Origin: a virus
DNA length: 64,000 bases
Strand: one strand, 5' to 3'
Virus record (IMG/VR): IMGVR_UViG_3300040960_001746
Below, piece after piece: positions 49,858 to 59,117 of this stretch (its first letter is position 1; every line of letters starts with the position of its first letter). The translations under genes and the position numbers were made by a program. The notes beneath the pieces are model-generated. The model worked only from the letters and a program-made list of their open reading frames with translations. It made no database searches and was not told where the DNA came from.

Positions 49858-52710
49858 ATGTTGGATGTTAAGGATATTAAAAATCTTGACAGTGAAGATT
49901 TACTCATGACATATGAGGGTAAAAACCCTTATATAAAGTACATGCGCAAAAAAAAGGAAACTGAAAAAAATTATTTTCTTACTAATAATCAGTCAAATTA
50001 TGTAAAAAATTATTTTACCTTCGAACCAAAGGTATTAAATAAAGTTATAGAACTGACTAATTATTTTTCTGAAGAATTAAAAGAAGAACATAAATTAAAA
50101 ATAACACCTAAAAAAATATTTGTGGAAACTTTATTGGCGGAATCGGACAAAGCGATACACGTTATATGTAAGTTATATAAAAACCAAAAGGACGTTAAAT
50201 TATTATGGATACCTAAAACACAAATATTAGATGATATTCATTATGAAGATATCGATGTAGATATAGACTTTGACAAATACTCTAAATTAGATAAAAGAGG
50301 ATGGAGGGCGTTTAAACATCAAGAAGATGGTATTAAGTTCTTAATGAAGAACAAAAAGTGTATTTTGGCGGACGATATGGGTTTAGGTAAGAGGATTGCT
50401 AATGATGTCCCTGTATTAACACCTAACGGTTGGGTGTTGCATGGTTCTTTAAAAGTGGGTGATTATGTTATAGGGTCAAATGGTAAGCCAACCAAAGTAT
50501 TAGCAACATATCCAAACCAATCAGATGATTATTATAATATAACCTTTACTGATGGTACTGTAGTTGAGTCTTGTGGTGAACATTTGTGGGCAGTACAAAC
50601 TACTAACCATAGAAAAAGAGGTAGTGGATTTAAAGTTAAACCACTTAAAGAGTTAAAAAATGATTTAACTTATGGTAAATATGGTAACACTAAATGGTTT
50701 ATCCCAATGGTTAATACTGTAGAATTTAATAAAAAAGATGTTGGTGTTGATCCTTATCTATTAGGTTGTTTATTGGGAGATGGTGGTATTAGTCAAAGAC
50801 ACATAACATTATCAACCGTAGACGTAGAATTATTAAATGAGTGTAGTGAAAGGTTACCTGTAGATTATTTTTTCGATAAAGTGAAGGGTAAGAATGATTA
50901 TTTATTAAAACAACAAATAACAGAACGAACTGTTGGTACTAAACATAGTGTTATTGAACATTTAAAGAATTATAATTTAATGGGTACTAGATCAGATGAT
51001 AAATTTATACCTGAAGATTACAAATATAACACTAAAGAGATTAGATTAGAAATTTTACAAGGTTTATTAGATACTGACGGATATTGTTCAAAAAAAGACG
51101 GTACAATACAATTTTATTCTGTATCAAAGCAACTTTCAGATGACGTAAAAGAATTGGTTCAGTCGTTTGGTGGAGTGGCTAGAGAAAGTACTAAAATAGG
51201 TAAATATAAAAAACCTAATGGTGAAGTGGTTCACTGTAAAATCTGTTATATATTAACTATTAATCTACCTAAAGGTATTATCCCTTTTAAATTACAACGT
51301 AAGATTAATAATATGAAATCTGATAGAAAGTATCTACCATATAGGGGTATAAAATCTATAGAGTATTCTAGAACAACTGCAGGACAATGTATATCAGTAC
51401 AAGCAGAAGATAATCTTTATGTGATAGATAAATATGTTGTTACACATAATACCTACCAGTCTATAGTTGCTGCGTTAGAAAGTGGTGCGGAAAGAGTTTT
51501 AATAATATGTCCTTCATCACTCAAAATAAATTGGATGAGAGAAGTACAAAATTTTTGTGATGACGTATCAATAATTACAGGGTCTTATTGGGATCCTGCG
51601 AGATTCACAATCATTAACTATGACATACTCAAAAATTTTCACACAGTTAAAGAAAAAAATAAAGAATACGAAGAGTGGGAATTGAGAAGAGAAATTGCAG
51701 ACTTCAATCCCGATCTATTAATATTAGATGAAGCACATTATGTTAAAAATCACAAATCTAAAAGAGGTGCAATATTAAAAGATTTATCTAAGAATTTTTC
51801 ATGTGAAAGAGTATGGTTATTAACTGGTACACCTATCGCAAATAGACCTATGGATTACTATAATTTATTATCTATTATTGATTCACCAATAACAAACAAT
51901 TGGGTTCACTACGCTAAAACTTATTGTGAAGGTAAAAGATTTAGAAAGGGTGGTAAATATGTATGGGTTACTACAGGGGCATCTAATTTAGATGAGTTAG
52001 CATCTAAAACAAAAAGAACAATATTAAGAAGAAAAAAAGAAGATGTCTTAGATTTACCCGAAAAATTGATTACCCCAGTATATTTAGAATTAGAAAATGT
52101 AGATGGTTATAAATCTGTATGGGAAGATTACTTAGCGAAAAGAAAGTTAGAAGGTAAAAAAGGTAATCCTGCGAGAGACTTAGTAGAGATGACATTACTT
52201 AGAACTTTTATTGCGATGGAAACTGTACCCTATTCTATTGAAAAGGCGGAAGAGGCGTTAGAGTTAAATAAAAAAGTTATTATATTTTGTAACTTTAATG
52301 ATGAGATGGACGCATTTAACAGACACTTCGGTAATAAGGCGGTATGCGTAAGAGGTGGTATGTCAGATAAACAAAAACAATTATCAGTAGATAGATTTCA
52401 AGAAGATGATAGTTGTAAGGTATTTGTAGGACAAATTAAGGCAGCAGGTGTGGGATTAACACTAACTAAGGCGGAGATTGTTATTATGAACTCTTTAGAT
52501 TGGGTTCCCGGAAATCACGAACAAGCGGAAGATCGTGCATATAGAATAGGACAAAAGGAAACTGTTAATATTTATTATATGTTAATGGATGATACTATTG
52601 ATACTTTAGTATGGGATATACTAAATGAAAAGAAAAAGATTATTGGAACCATTATGGGTGAAGATGATATAATAAATGAATTTATAAATAAAATAGAAGA
52701 TGAAAGTTAA
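49858..52710 (+). CDS. SNF2-family (SMARCAL1/HARP-like) helicase containing an intein
   Basis: LADDMGLGK[intein]T, IICPSSLK.NW, INYD, LDEAH, LTGTP, GLTLT.A, QAEDRAYRIGQ. Confidence 0.92.
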   Translation: MLDVKDIKNLDSEDLLMTYEGKNPYIKYMRKKKETEKNYFLTNNQSNYVKNYFTFEPKVLNKVIELTNYFSEELKEEHKLKITPKKIFVETLLAESDKAIHVICKLYKNQKDVKLLWIPKTQILDDIHYEDIDVDIDFDKYSKLDKRGWRAFKHQEDGIKFLMKNKKCILADDMGLGKRIANDVPVLTPNGWVLHGSLKVGDYVIGSNGKPTKVLATYPNQSDDYYNITFTDGTVVESCGEHLWAVQTTNHRKRGSGFKVKPLKELKNDLTYGKYGNTKWFIPMVNTVEFNKKDVGVDPYLLGCLLGDGGISQRHITLSTVDVELLNECSERLPVDYFFDKVKGKNDYLLKQQITERTVGTKHSVIEHLKNYNLMGTRSDDKFIPEDYKYNTKEIRLEILQGLLDTDGYCSKKDGTIQFYSVSKQLSDDVKELVQSFGGVARESTKIGKYKKPNGEVVHCKICYILTINLPKGIIPFKLQRKINNMKSDRKYLPYRGIKSIEYSRTTAGQCISVQAEDNLYVIDKYVVTHNTYQSIVAALESGAERVLIICPSSLKINWMREVQNFCDDVSIITGSYWDPARFTIINYDILKNFHTVKEKNKEYEEWELRREIADFNPDLLILDEAHYVKNHKSKRGAILKDLSKNFSCERVWLLTGTPIANRPMDYYNLLSIIDSPITNNWVHYAKTYCEGKRFRKGGKYVWVTTGASNLDELASKTKRTILRRKKEDVLDLPEKLITPVYLELENVDGYKSVWEDYLAKRKLEGKKGNPARDLVEMTLLRTFIAMETVPYSIEKAEEALELNKKVIIFCNFNDEMDAFNRHFGNKAVCVRGGMSDKQKQLSVDRFQEDDSCKVFVGQIKAAGVGLTLTKAEIVIMNSLDWVPGNHEQAEDRAYRIGQKETVNIYYMLMDDTIDTLVWDILNEKKKIIGTIMGEDDIINEFINKIEDES
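50392..51450 (+). mobile_element. Class 3 intein (353 aa) with LAGLIDADG homing endonuclease, inserted in the Walker A GK/T
   Basis: RIANDVPVLTPNGW...CGEHLW...YLLGCLLGDG...LQGLLDTDG...GQCISV...VVTHN/T; removal restores GLGKT. Confidence 0.92.
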
Positions 52711-52957
52711 AGTATTTTCAATGAAAGGATGTCCACATTGTGACAACTTAAAAAACCAATTAAAAGAAAGTAATATAGATTTTATTGAATTGGATGTCGA
52801 TGAACATGAAGAATTGTATGAAAAATTCTCTAAGAAAGTTAATAATGAATATCTACCTGCGATTTTAATAGAAAAGACTGCGTTTTTACCTGATAGATCA
52901 TTTCAGACAATAAATGAGGCGGTAGAGTTAGTTAAGCGTCACCTTCAGGTGCTTTAG
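52700..52957 (+). CDS. Glutaredoxin / NrdH-like redoxin
   Basis: VKVFS..GCPHC..LK, ELDVD, LPAI. Confidence 0.85.
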   Translation: MKVKVFSMKGCPHCDNLKNQLKESNIDFIELDVDEHEELYEKFSKKVNNEYLPAILIEKTAFLPDRSFQTINEAVELVKRHLQVL

Positions 52958-53282
52958 GTCCGGGACCATTTAAGTTAAAGTTATAGTTATCTTGTGATTT
53001 ATTGTCTAACATATCACCTAAAACGTTGATAACGTTATCATATCTATCACTATGTTCTGCAGCAAACCCTTCTTGTCTACCATTGTCACTTAAAAGAGAT
53101 AACCTAATACTATCTAATACTTCTCTCATTTCTTCGTCTTCACAATATTGTAAGGCAGATTCTATATCTCTAAGTCCATCAACTAAATGTTGCATCGCTT
53201 TATAAGACAATCCCAATGCAATGTCATTCTGCGTTTTATTATCGGTTTCCTCCTTTAATATTTTTTTAATAATTCTTTTCAT
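52932..53282 (-). CDS. Hypothetical protein with IIKKILKEE leader
   Basis: 116 aa; start overlaps the stop of the upstream gene. Confidence 0.65.
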   Translation of the reverse strand: MKRIIKKILKEETDNKTQNDIALGLSYKAMQHLVDGLRDIESALQYCEDEEMREVLDSIRLSLLSDNGRQEGFAAEHSDRYDNVINVLGDMLDNKSQDNYNFNLNGPGPKAPEGDA

Positions 53283-53959
53283 TATATTTTTCTTCTACCT
53301 TTATGATAAATATCATATTGTTTTCTAAATTCTCTTGGTTGACTATACCAATTATCTTTAGTATCTTCAAAATCTCTTTCTCTTTTATAGTTACCTTTAC
53401 TATCTACAGTAACCAAATCTAACTCTTCATTACTATTAAAATTATATTTATCATTTAATAATCCTATCTTACTAACATATTCTTTTGTTAATTGTTGTAT
53501 TTTTTGTTTATATTCTTTAGTAATCTGTTCTGACTCTTCGCTAAATCCTTTAATGTCATTAATTGCGTCTTTGACGTTAACATAATCGTATCTTTCCCCT
53601 TTACCTACAATTTTACCCTCTTTGTTATAATAACTTTGATCTCTATCACCCACAATATTATCTAAAATAGATTTTTGATAATCTTTATGTGGGTCATCTC
53701 CAAAACTTCCATGTCCCCTCTTATCCACATCCTCAACTTTCATATTGGCATATAAGTTCCAATGTTCAGGATTAAAATAAAATATAATTTTTTTACCAAT
53801 TTCTGGTATATATGACTCCCAACTATATTTTCTATGTGCTACATATAATTCTGTAGATGGTGAAATACTAATTTCTGGTGAGGTTAATTCATCATCGTAC
53901 TCATCAGTCCTATCTTCCGTTTCCTCAAATAATATTTTTCTAATAACATTTTTCATCAT
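53282..53959 (-). CDS. Hypothetical protein with VIRKILFEE leader
   Basis: 225 aa; late motif immediately upstream. Confidence 0.7.
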   Translation of the reverse strand: MMKNVIRKILFEETEDRTDEYDDELTSPEISISPSTELYVAHRKYSWESYIPEIGKKIIFYFNPEHWNLYANMKVEDVDKRGHGSFGDDPHKDYQKSILDNIVGDRDQSYYNKEGKIVGKGERYDYVNVKDAINDIKGFSEESEQITKEYKQKIQQLTKEYVSKIGLLNDKYNFNSNEELDLVTVDSKGNYKRERDFEDTKDNWYSQPREFRKQYDIYHKGRRKI

Positions 53960-53960
53960 T

Positions 53961-53983
53961 TAATAAATATTGCAATATTTATA
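53961..53983. promoter_or_regulatory. Back-to-back putative late promoters (ATATTTAT on each strand)
   Basis: Palindrome ATAAATATTGCAATATTTAT between divergent genes 53959(-) and 53999(+). Confidence 0.7.
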
Positions 53984-53998
53984 AATAAACATATTAAT

Positions 53999-55144
53999 AT
54001 GCCGAATTCTTTAAACGATAATTTAAAAACAGAACTATTTAACCAAATTAGACATAGGTTAGGTGCACCTGTTAGAAAAATTGAATTGGATTGGGATCAA
54101 ATGAATTCCCTTTTAGAAACTGCAATAGAAGATTATGCACAAAGAGTGCAAGATTGGTTAATTGAAAACCAATGGTCTTCTGTATTAGGTAAAGAGGCAG
54201 ACAAAGTAGACATTGCATTTGCATTAACTACAAGATCATTAGACTTTGAGAGTAACTTCTCTTATGCATATTCTAAACAAGTGGGGCTACAACAAAGAGG
54301 TCCTTGGGAACTTAAAAAGGATTATGTTACAATAGTCAAAAACCAACAAGTATATCAGATACCTGCAGGTAGAGAAATTAATGAGATATTATGGATAACA
54401 CCAAACTCTACCGATCACGCACTTTATTCGTTTGCAGGATTCGGAGATTATGGTTTTGGTGGAGGTTTTGGACAAGTACCATACGCAGGATGGGGACAAG
54501 GTGGAGGATTAGGTAATGGTGGTTTTTATGTTGCACCCGCATTTGACGTATTATTAAGAGCACAAGACTTTAGTTTGAAATCTAAATTACTTAGAAGTGA
54601 GTTAAGTCACAAAGTAACTGCAGGACCAAATGGTACTAGGTTATTACACCTTATGCCTATACCTGGAAGTAGATTATCTTTCGCAGGTGCAGGATTAGTA
54701 AATAGTCAGATTGGACTCGCAGGAACTAAAGTATGGTATCATTATTATGATGTTACAGATGATAATAGAGACCAATGTTTAGCGGATAATCCTGACATTA
54801 TTAAATTACCTAATGATGTACCTTTAAATAAACTACAATATTCAGAGTTAAACGAACCTACTAGAATATGGATAAGAAGATATCTAACTGCGTTATTTAA
54901 AGAAACATTAGGTAGAGTTAGAGGTAAGTTTCAAGGGGCACTAAAAGTACCTGATGCAGAACTCACAATGGATTATGATAGTTTACTTAGTGAAGGTAAA
55001 GAAGAACAACTTAAACTTTTAGAACAATTAGATTTAAGATTAGAAAGATTATCTAATGTTAAACAATTAGAGAATAAAGCGTTGGAGGCGGAAAACTTAA
55101 ATAAGTCATTGAACTACCGTCCTTTGGGTCTTTATGTCATATGA
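53999..55144 (+). CDS. Neck/head-tail connector protein (gp13-like)
   Basis: RLGAP...IEL...Q....E.AI.DY N-terminus; WIRRY..AL.KE.LGRVRGKF C-terminus. Confidence 0.85.
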   Translation: MPNSLNDNLKTELFNQIRHRLGAPVRKIELDWDQMNSLLETAIEDYAQRVQDWLIENQWSSVLGKEADKVDIAFALTTRSLDFESNFSYAYSKQVGLQQRGPWELKKDYVTIVKNQQVYQIPAGREINEILWITPNSTDHALYSFAGFGDYGFGGGFGQVPYAGWGQGGGLGNGGFYVAPAFDVLLRAQDFSLKSKLLRSELSHKVTAGPNGTRLLHLMPIPGSRLSFAGAGLVNSQIGLAGTKVWYHYYDVTDDNRDQCLADNPDIIKLPNDVPLNKLQYSELNEPTRIWIRRYLTALFKETLGRVRGKFQGALKVPDAELTMDYDSLLSEGKEEQLKLLEQLDLRLERLSNVKQLENKALEAENLNKSLNYRPLGLYVI

Positions 55145-58063
55145 GAATTCATCCTCTATTCCATAATCCTCAAACATATAAGTAGGAGACACACCGATAC
55201 TATTCCAGAATTCTAACTCTTCATCAGTAATAGTTAATAATTCATCTAACTTATCTTGATCCCCTTCTTTAAATGGTTGTCCAGATGTCAATTCTAATTC
55301 TTGTCGTGTATAGTATTTTCTATCAGAAGGATTAGAAACTAAAATATCATCTCTTAATGAAGGATCGAAACAAACTAATAATGGTTTAACCCTTTTATTA
55401 AATGCATCTAAGTATCTATCTATATTGTATTCTCCTGTTGCGTCTGGATTATTTTCTATTACACTATTAGGTATTAACTTACAATTAAGTGCAACTACAG
55501 ACTCCCCTAAAGATTGTCTATATGCCATATCTGTTGGTATACCCGTATTCGCCTCTTTATTTTTTGAATCTTTACGAACCCAATTATCATCTGACCAAGA
55601 CATTTCCCACCCATTCTTAAGTAAGAATCTCTTTTTCTCTTCGTAGTCATCATTTTCAGAAAAATACATTTGTATTTGGTTATCATTCCACCCCTTTTTA
55701 GGTTTGTTGATTTTTTGTACATCACCATGTGATTTCTTTGTACCTGTATTTACATAATATATTGTATCACCTAAATCTACATTTAACCCCTCACTAATAA
55801 TAAGTTCCATATGGGCTTGTTTCGCCATTGCACCTCCAGATTTATTAGTAGTCTTCATTTTCTTTTTATAATCTTCTACACTGATTCTAACTCTGGCTTT
55901 ATTTGCAATCTTTGATAAAGGTATTTCTTGATTATAAATCATTTCTACAGTTTCATAGTATTCATTTACAAAACCATACCCATCACCATCTAATAGTAAT
56001 CTAATACCATTATCGATAAATTCTGCGATGTATGTAGGCATCTTCTTAGATTTAATAGAGTTACCTACTAACTTAACTTTACCATCTATTAAGTCTGCGT
56101 AATTCTTTCTTGCGATGTTTATTGTTGCCTGACAAATTTCATCTACATCTAATCCCATAACACCCTTCATATATTTGTCATTGTATTCAGCAACAACTGC
56201 ATCCATACCTTTATATGTTTTACCTAACTTATTAAATCTGTGATTACCATTAGAAGTATAGACATATTTATCTACATCTTTAGGTACTGAGAAGTTGAAT
56301 CCATCGGTATCACCTACTAATGGTTTAAATCCTTTAGAATTAAAGAATCTAATCATATGTCTAAGGTATTGTCTACCAGTACAAGTGATTTTCTCACCCA
56401 TATCTGTATCACCCCAAGGAAATACATTAGGTGCGGATATTGATCCGAACATACCATTGTTAAGAATCTTTAATGGTAATTGTTTTTTATCATAATACGC
56501 AGATTTTTCATAATCACCTTTTTCCGCATAATCATTTTTAAGTTCTTTATATTTGTTACGATAGTCGTAGTTGTATTGTAATAGTCCTCTCATTGCACCC
56601 ATAACATCACAATCTGTAAATACATCGTGTGTTAATTGTATTGAAGGGTATAGAGACGCAAAGTCAAACTTAACTACGTTCTGACTATAACCCACCTCTA
56701 ATAAACGAGACAAACCACCAATAAATCTTCTATTATCTAATGTATGTGGTATTGCAATACCATTTCTATAGTACCAACCTAACATCAGTAATTTCCAAGT
56801 TGCTGCAGTACCCATAGTGGAAGATCTCATAAATGATGTAGGTAATACCTTAGATAAAAGATATGTAGCCTGATTAAAGATATCATCTACCTTTTCAGTT
56901 TCCCATAAATCGTCTATTAAGTATCTTTCTATAATATCACACCCTTTAAGTTTAGTAGTACCTTTAGGTAAGATATTATCTTTTATTACACCCCATTCAC
57001 CATTTTCTTCATTTAACCAGTAATCGTTTTCTTTATCTGCGTATGTCTTACCGATTTTATCGCCTTGTACATATACACGATTAGGTTTGGCGGCGTTAGA
57101 ATATTTTGTAATGTATTTAAGTCCCGCCTGTTTTATAGACGAATTGATTGCCTGTGCTCTACGAACTGCGTGATATACATCCATAATGTTATATCCCCAC
57201 ATATGAGTTTGTTCATAGTATTCCATCTCAGGACCCATCTTAAGAGTTTGTTTCTTTCTATAAAATGGTATCGGACCTAATGTCTTCGCAATCTTTTCTA
57301 TATTAATACCTAACTTCTGACATCTAACAACAAAGAAATACCAGTCAAAGTTCTCAGAATTATATCCCGATATAATTGATGGTTTTAAGTGATTGATAAT
57401 TTTAAAGAATGTAACTATCGCCTCAGATTCTCTAGCGTCTAAGTCATCATCATTATCCCCATCGATTGAAAGTACGTGTTGGAATCCTCTGTTGTCTTTA
57501 ACACCTATCTGAAATATTCTACATACGTGTGGGTCTAAACCTGTTGTCTCTAAGTCAAATGAAAGTCTATGAACTTCATTATATTCTTCCATACCTTTAA
57601 ACAATCTTTTACCTGTTTGGATTAAAAATTGTTCTGTAGGACTTATCGCTAAGAAATTATTTCTGTGTTCTTCATCATAAACACCCATACCCCCCTCTTT
57701 AAAGAAGTTAAGTAAGTCACCATATGTACCTCTACATTGTACTAAGAACTTATAACCATTTTCTAAACGAGAAACATTTTCTCCATTTTCATCTTCAGTA
57801 GATAAAGGAATAAATTTAATTTTATATTCCCTCATTTTACTTTTTAATGTTCTTCTATCACCACCATAAAATATAGTCATATCGGGTGACTTCATCCATA
57901 GAAATGGTTTAAGTTTATGTTTTTCGATAGACTTACCATTTTCAGGATCGTGAACTATTAAATGAATCTTGTTGTCTCTGTAAGAAGACTCAATCCCCAC
58001 AATATATTTTTGTTCATCATATCCTTCTAAATAGTCTCTAATTTCTTCTACGGATGCAGGCAT
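55106..58063 (-). CDS. Family B DNA polymerase with 3'-5' exonuclease; start probably 58063 (MPASVEE)
   Basis: FDLETTG, GYNSENFD, YLIDD, DFASLYPS, KILNNGMFG, VGDTDG, KNYA. Confidence 0.93.
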   Translation of the reverse strand: MPASVEEIRDYLEGYDEQKYIVGIESSYRDNKIHLIVHDPENGKSIEKHKLKPFLWMKSPDMTIFYGGDRRTLKSKMREYKIKFIPLSTEDENGENVSRLENGYKFLVQCRGTYGDLLNFFKEGGMGVYDEEHRNNFLAISPTEQFLIQTGKRLFKGMEEYNEVHRLSFDLETTGLDPHVCRIFQIGVKDNRGFQHVLSIDGDNDDDLDARESEAIVTFFKIINHLKPSIISGYNSENFDWYFFVVRCQKLGINIEKIAKTLGPIPFYRKKQTLKMGPEMEYYEQTHMWGYNIMDVYHAVRRAQAINSSIKQAGLKYITKYSNAAKPNRVYVQGDKIGKTYADKENDYWLNEENGEWGVIKDNILPKGTTKLKGCDIIERYLIDDLWETEKVDDIFNQATYLLSKVLPTSFMRSSTMGTAATWKLLMLGWYYRNGIAIPHTLDNRRFIGGLSRLLEVGYSQNVVKFDFASLYPSIQLTHDVFTDCDVMGAMRGLLQYNYDYRNKYKELKNDYAEKGDYEKSAYYDKKQLPLKILNNGMFGSISAPNVFPWGDTDMGEKITCTGRQYLRHMIRFFNSKGFKPLVGDTDGFNFSVPKDVDKYVYTSNGNHRFNKLGKTYKGMDAVVAEYNDKYMKGVMGLDVDEICQATINIARKNYADLIDGKVKLVGNSIKSKKMPTYIAEFIDNGIRLLLDGDGYGFVNEYYETVEMIYNQEIPLSKIANKARVRISVEDYKKKMKTTNKSGGAMAKQAHMELIISEGLNVDLGDTIYYVNTGTKKSHGDVQKINKPKKGWNDNQIQMYFSENDDYEEKKRFLLKNGWEMSWSDDNWVRKDSKNKEANTGIPTDMAYRQSLGESVVALNCKLIPNSVIENNPDATGEYNIDRYLDAFNKRVKPLLVCFDPSLRDDILVSNPSDRKYYTRQELELTSGQPFKEGDQDKLDELLTITDEELEFWNSIGVSPTYMFEDYGIEDEFSYDIKTQRTVVQ

Positions 58064-58090
58064 AATTATTCTGTTATTGTATTTTGTATA

Positions 58091-58121
58091 CAAATATAAT
58101 AAAAATATTCTGTTTTATCAA
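58091..58121 (-). promoter_or_regulatory. Bacteroidota sigmaA-type promoter for DNA polymerase
   Basis: Minus strand TTG-N20-TATATTTG. Confidence 0.7.
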
Positions 58122-58486
58122 TTATTTAGGACATTAATATAAAGTTCATCTCTAATTGGTGCAATTAGAGTACCTGTCCCATCTAAAAACGTTATGGTAA
58201 AATAACCATTATATCTACCTACTCTACTAGTTTGTAGTTCTGTAAATTGGTAAGATATTATATATGTTGGTGTTTCTGTATTTTCGCAGTTATTAGAAAT
58301 TATCATCTCTAAATTCGCCGCGGAACATGCAATTCTTTTAACTTTTGTGTCTACATCATACATAGTAAAAGTTATAGTAGCATTTTGTATTTTTTCGTAA
58401 AAATTACGAAAATCATTTCTACCATCATTGACTAATTCCATTTTTAACTTTGGTAATGTACTATTTTTGTTTATAAAAAATTCCAT
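58118..58486 (-). CDS. BppU-N-like small virion protein
   Basis: F.I.KN.TLP.L...L, A.ITF.M, Y.F....T...G.Y.G.F.I.F, P....L.I.V pattern; late motif at 58499. Confidence 0.65.
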   Translation of the reverse strand: MEFFINKNSTLPKLKMELVNDGRNDFRNFYEKIQNATITFTMYDVDTKVKRIACSAANLEMIISNNCENTETPTYIISYQFTELQTSRVGRYNGYFTITFLDGTGTLIAPIRDELYINVLNN

Positions 58487-58552
58487 GTGTATTTTATTTA
58501 TAAATATATTAAAATATTAAATATTTCTCAGACTTATTTAATATTTATAGAT

Positions 58553-59116
58553 ATGTCCGATAAACTAAAAGAATTAGAAATTAAAAAATTATTTAAGGAA
58601 TATGATTTTCTCCTTGTAGAAGATGATTATAAAAAAGAATTGATTGATATCAATAAAGGTGAATTTTTGAAAAAAATTAATGAAAAGAGAAATGAATTAG
58701 GGATACCACCTAAAATTGATTCCCCATTAACTAAAGAAGAAAAAGAAGTTAAAAAAGAAGAAAAAAAAATAGAGGTTAATCGTGAAACTAAGAAAAAAAT
58801 AAAGGACTTATATAGGAAAATAGTAAAAATCACACACCCTGATAAAACCAACTCTGAGAAATTAGTTAATCTTTATATTAAAGCAAAAAAATATTATGAA
58901 CAAAATAATTTATTAGAGTTGTATATGATATGTATTGATTTAAATATTATTATAGATTTAAGTGATTTTAAAATGGAAGAATTAATAAAATCAGTAGAGA
59001 AAAAAAGGGTGGAGTTAGAAAATATAGAAAGTTCCTATTTATGGTTATGGGTACATTCGAATACTGAAGAAGAAAAAGAAAAAATAATAAATTTATTTAT
59101 TGAACAAAATAGTTGA
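58553..59116 (+). CDS. J-domain (DnaJ-like) co-chaperone; start revised to 58553
   Basis: IKDLYRKIVKITHPDK with HPD motif; ATATTTATA at 58541 precedes MSDKLKE. Confidence 0.8.
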   Translation: MSDKLKELEIKKLFKEYDFLLVEDDYKKELIDINKGEFLKKINEKRNELGIPPKIDSPLTKEEKEVKKEEKKIEVNRETKKKIKDLYRKIVKITHPDKTNSEKLVNLYIKAKKYYEQNNLLELYMICIDLNIIIDLSDFKMEELIKSVEKKRVELENIESSYLWLWVHSNTEEEKEKIINLFIEQNS

Positions 59117-59117
59117 T

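Noticed and set aside
2577-57280. Numerous 60-230 aa antisense or nested ORFs in the track (e.g. 2577-3275, 6898-7329, 11702-12145, 33816-34349, 46749-47123)
   Set aside because: They overlap well-supported genes and have the S/L/F/I-rich composition typical of reverse-frame artefacts in AT-rich DNA
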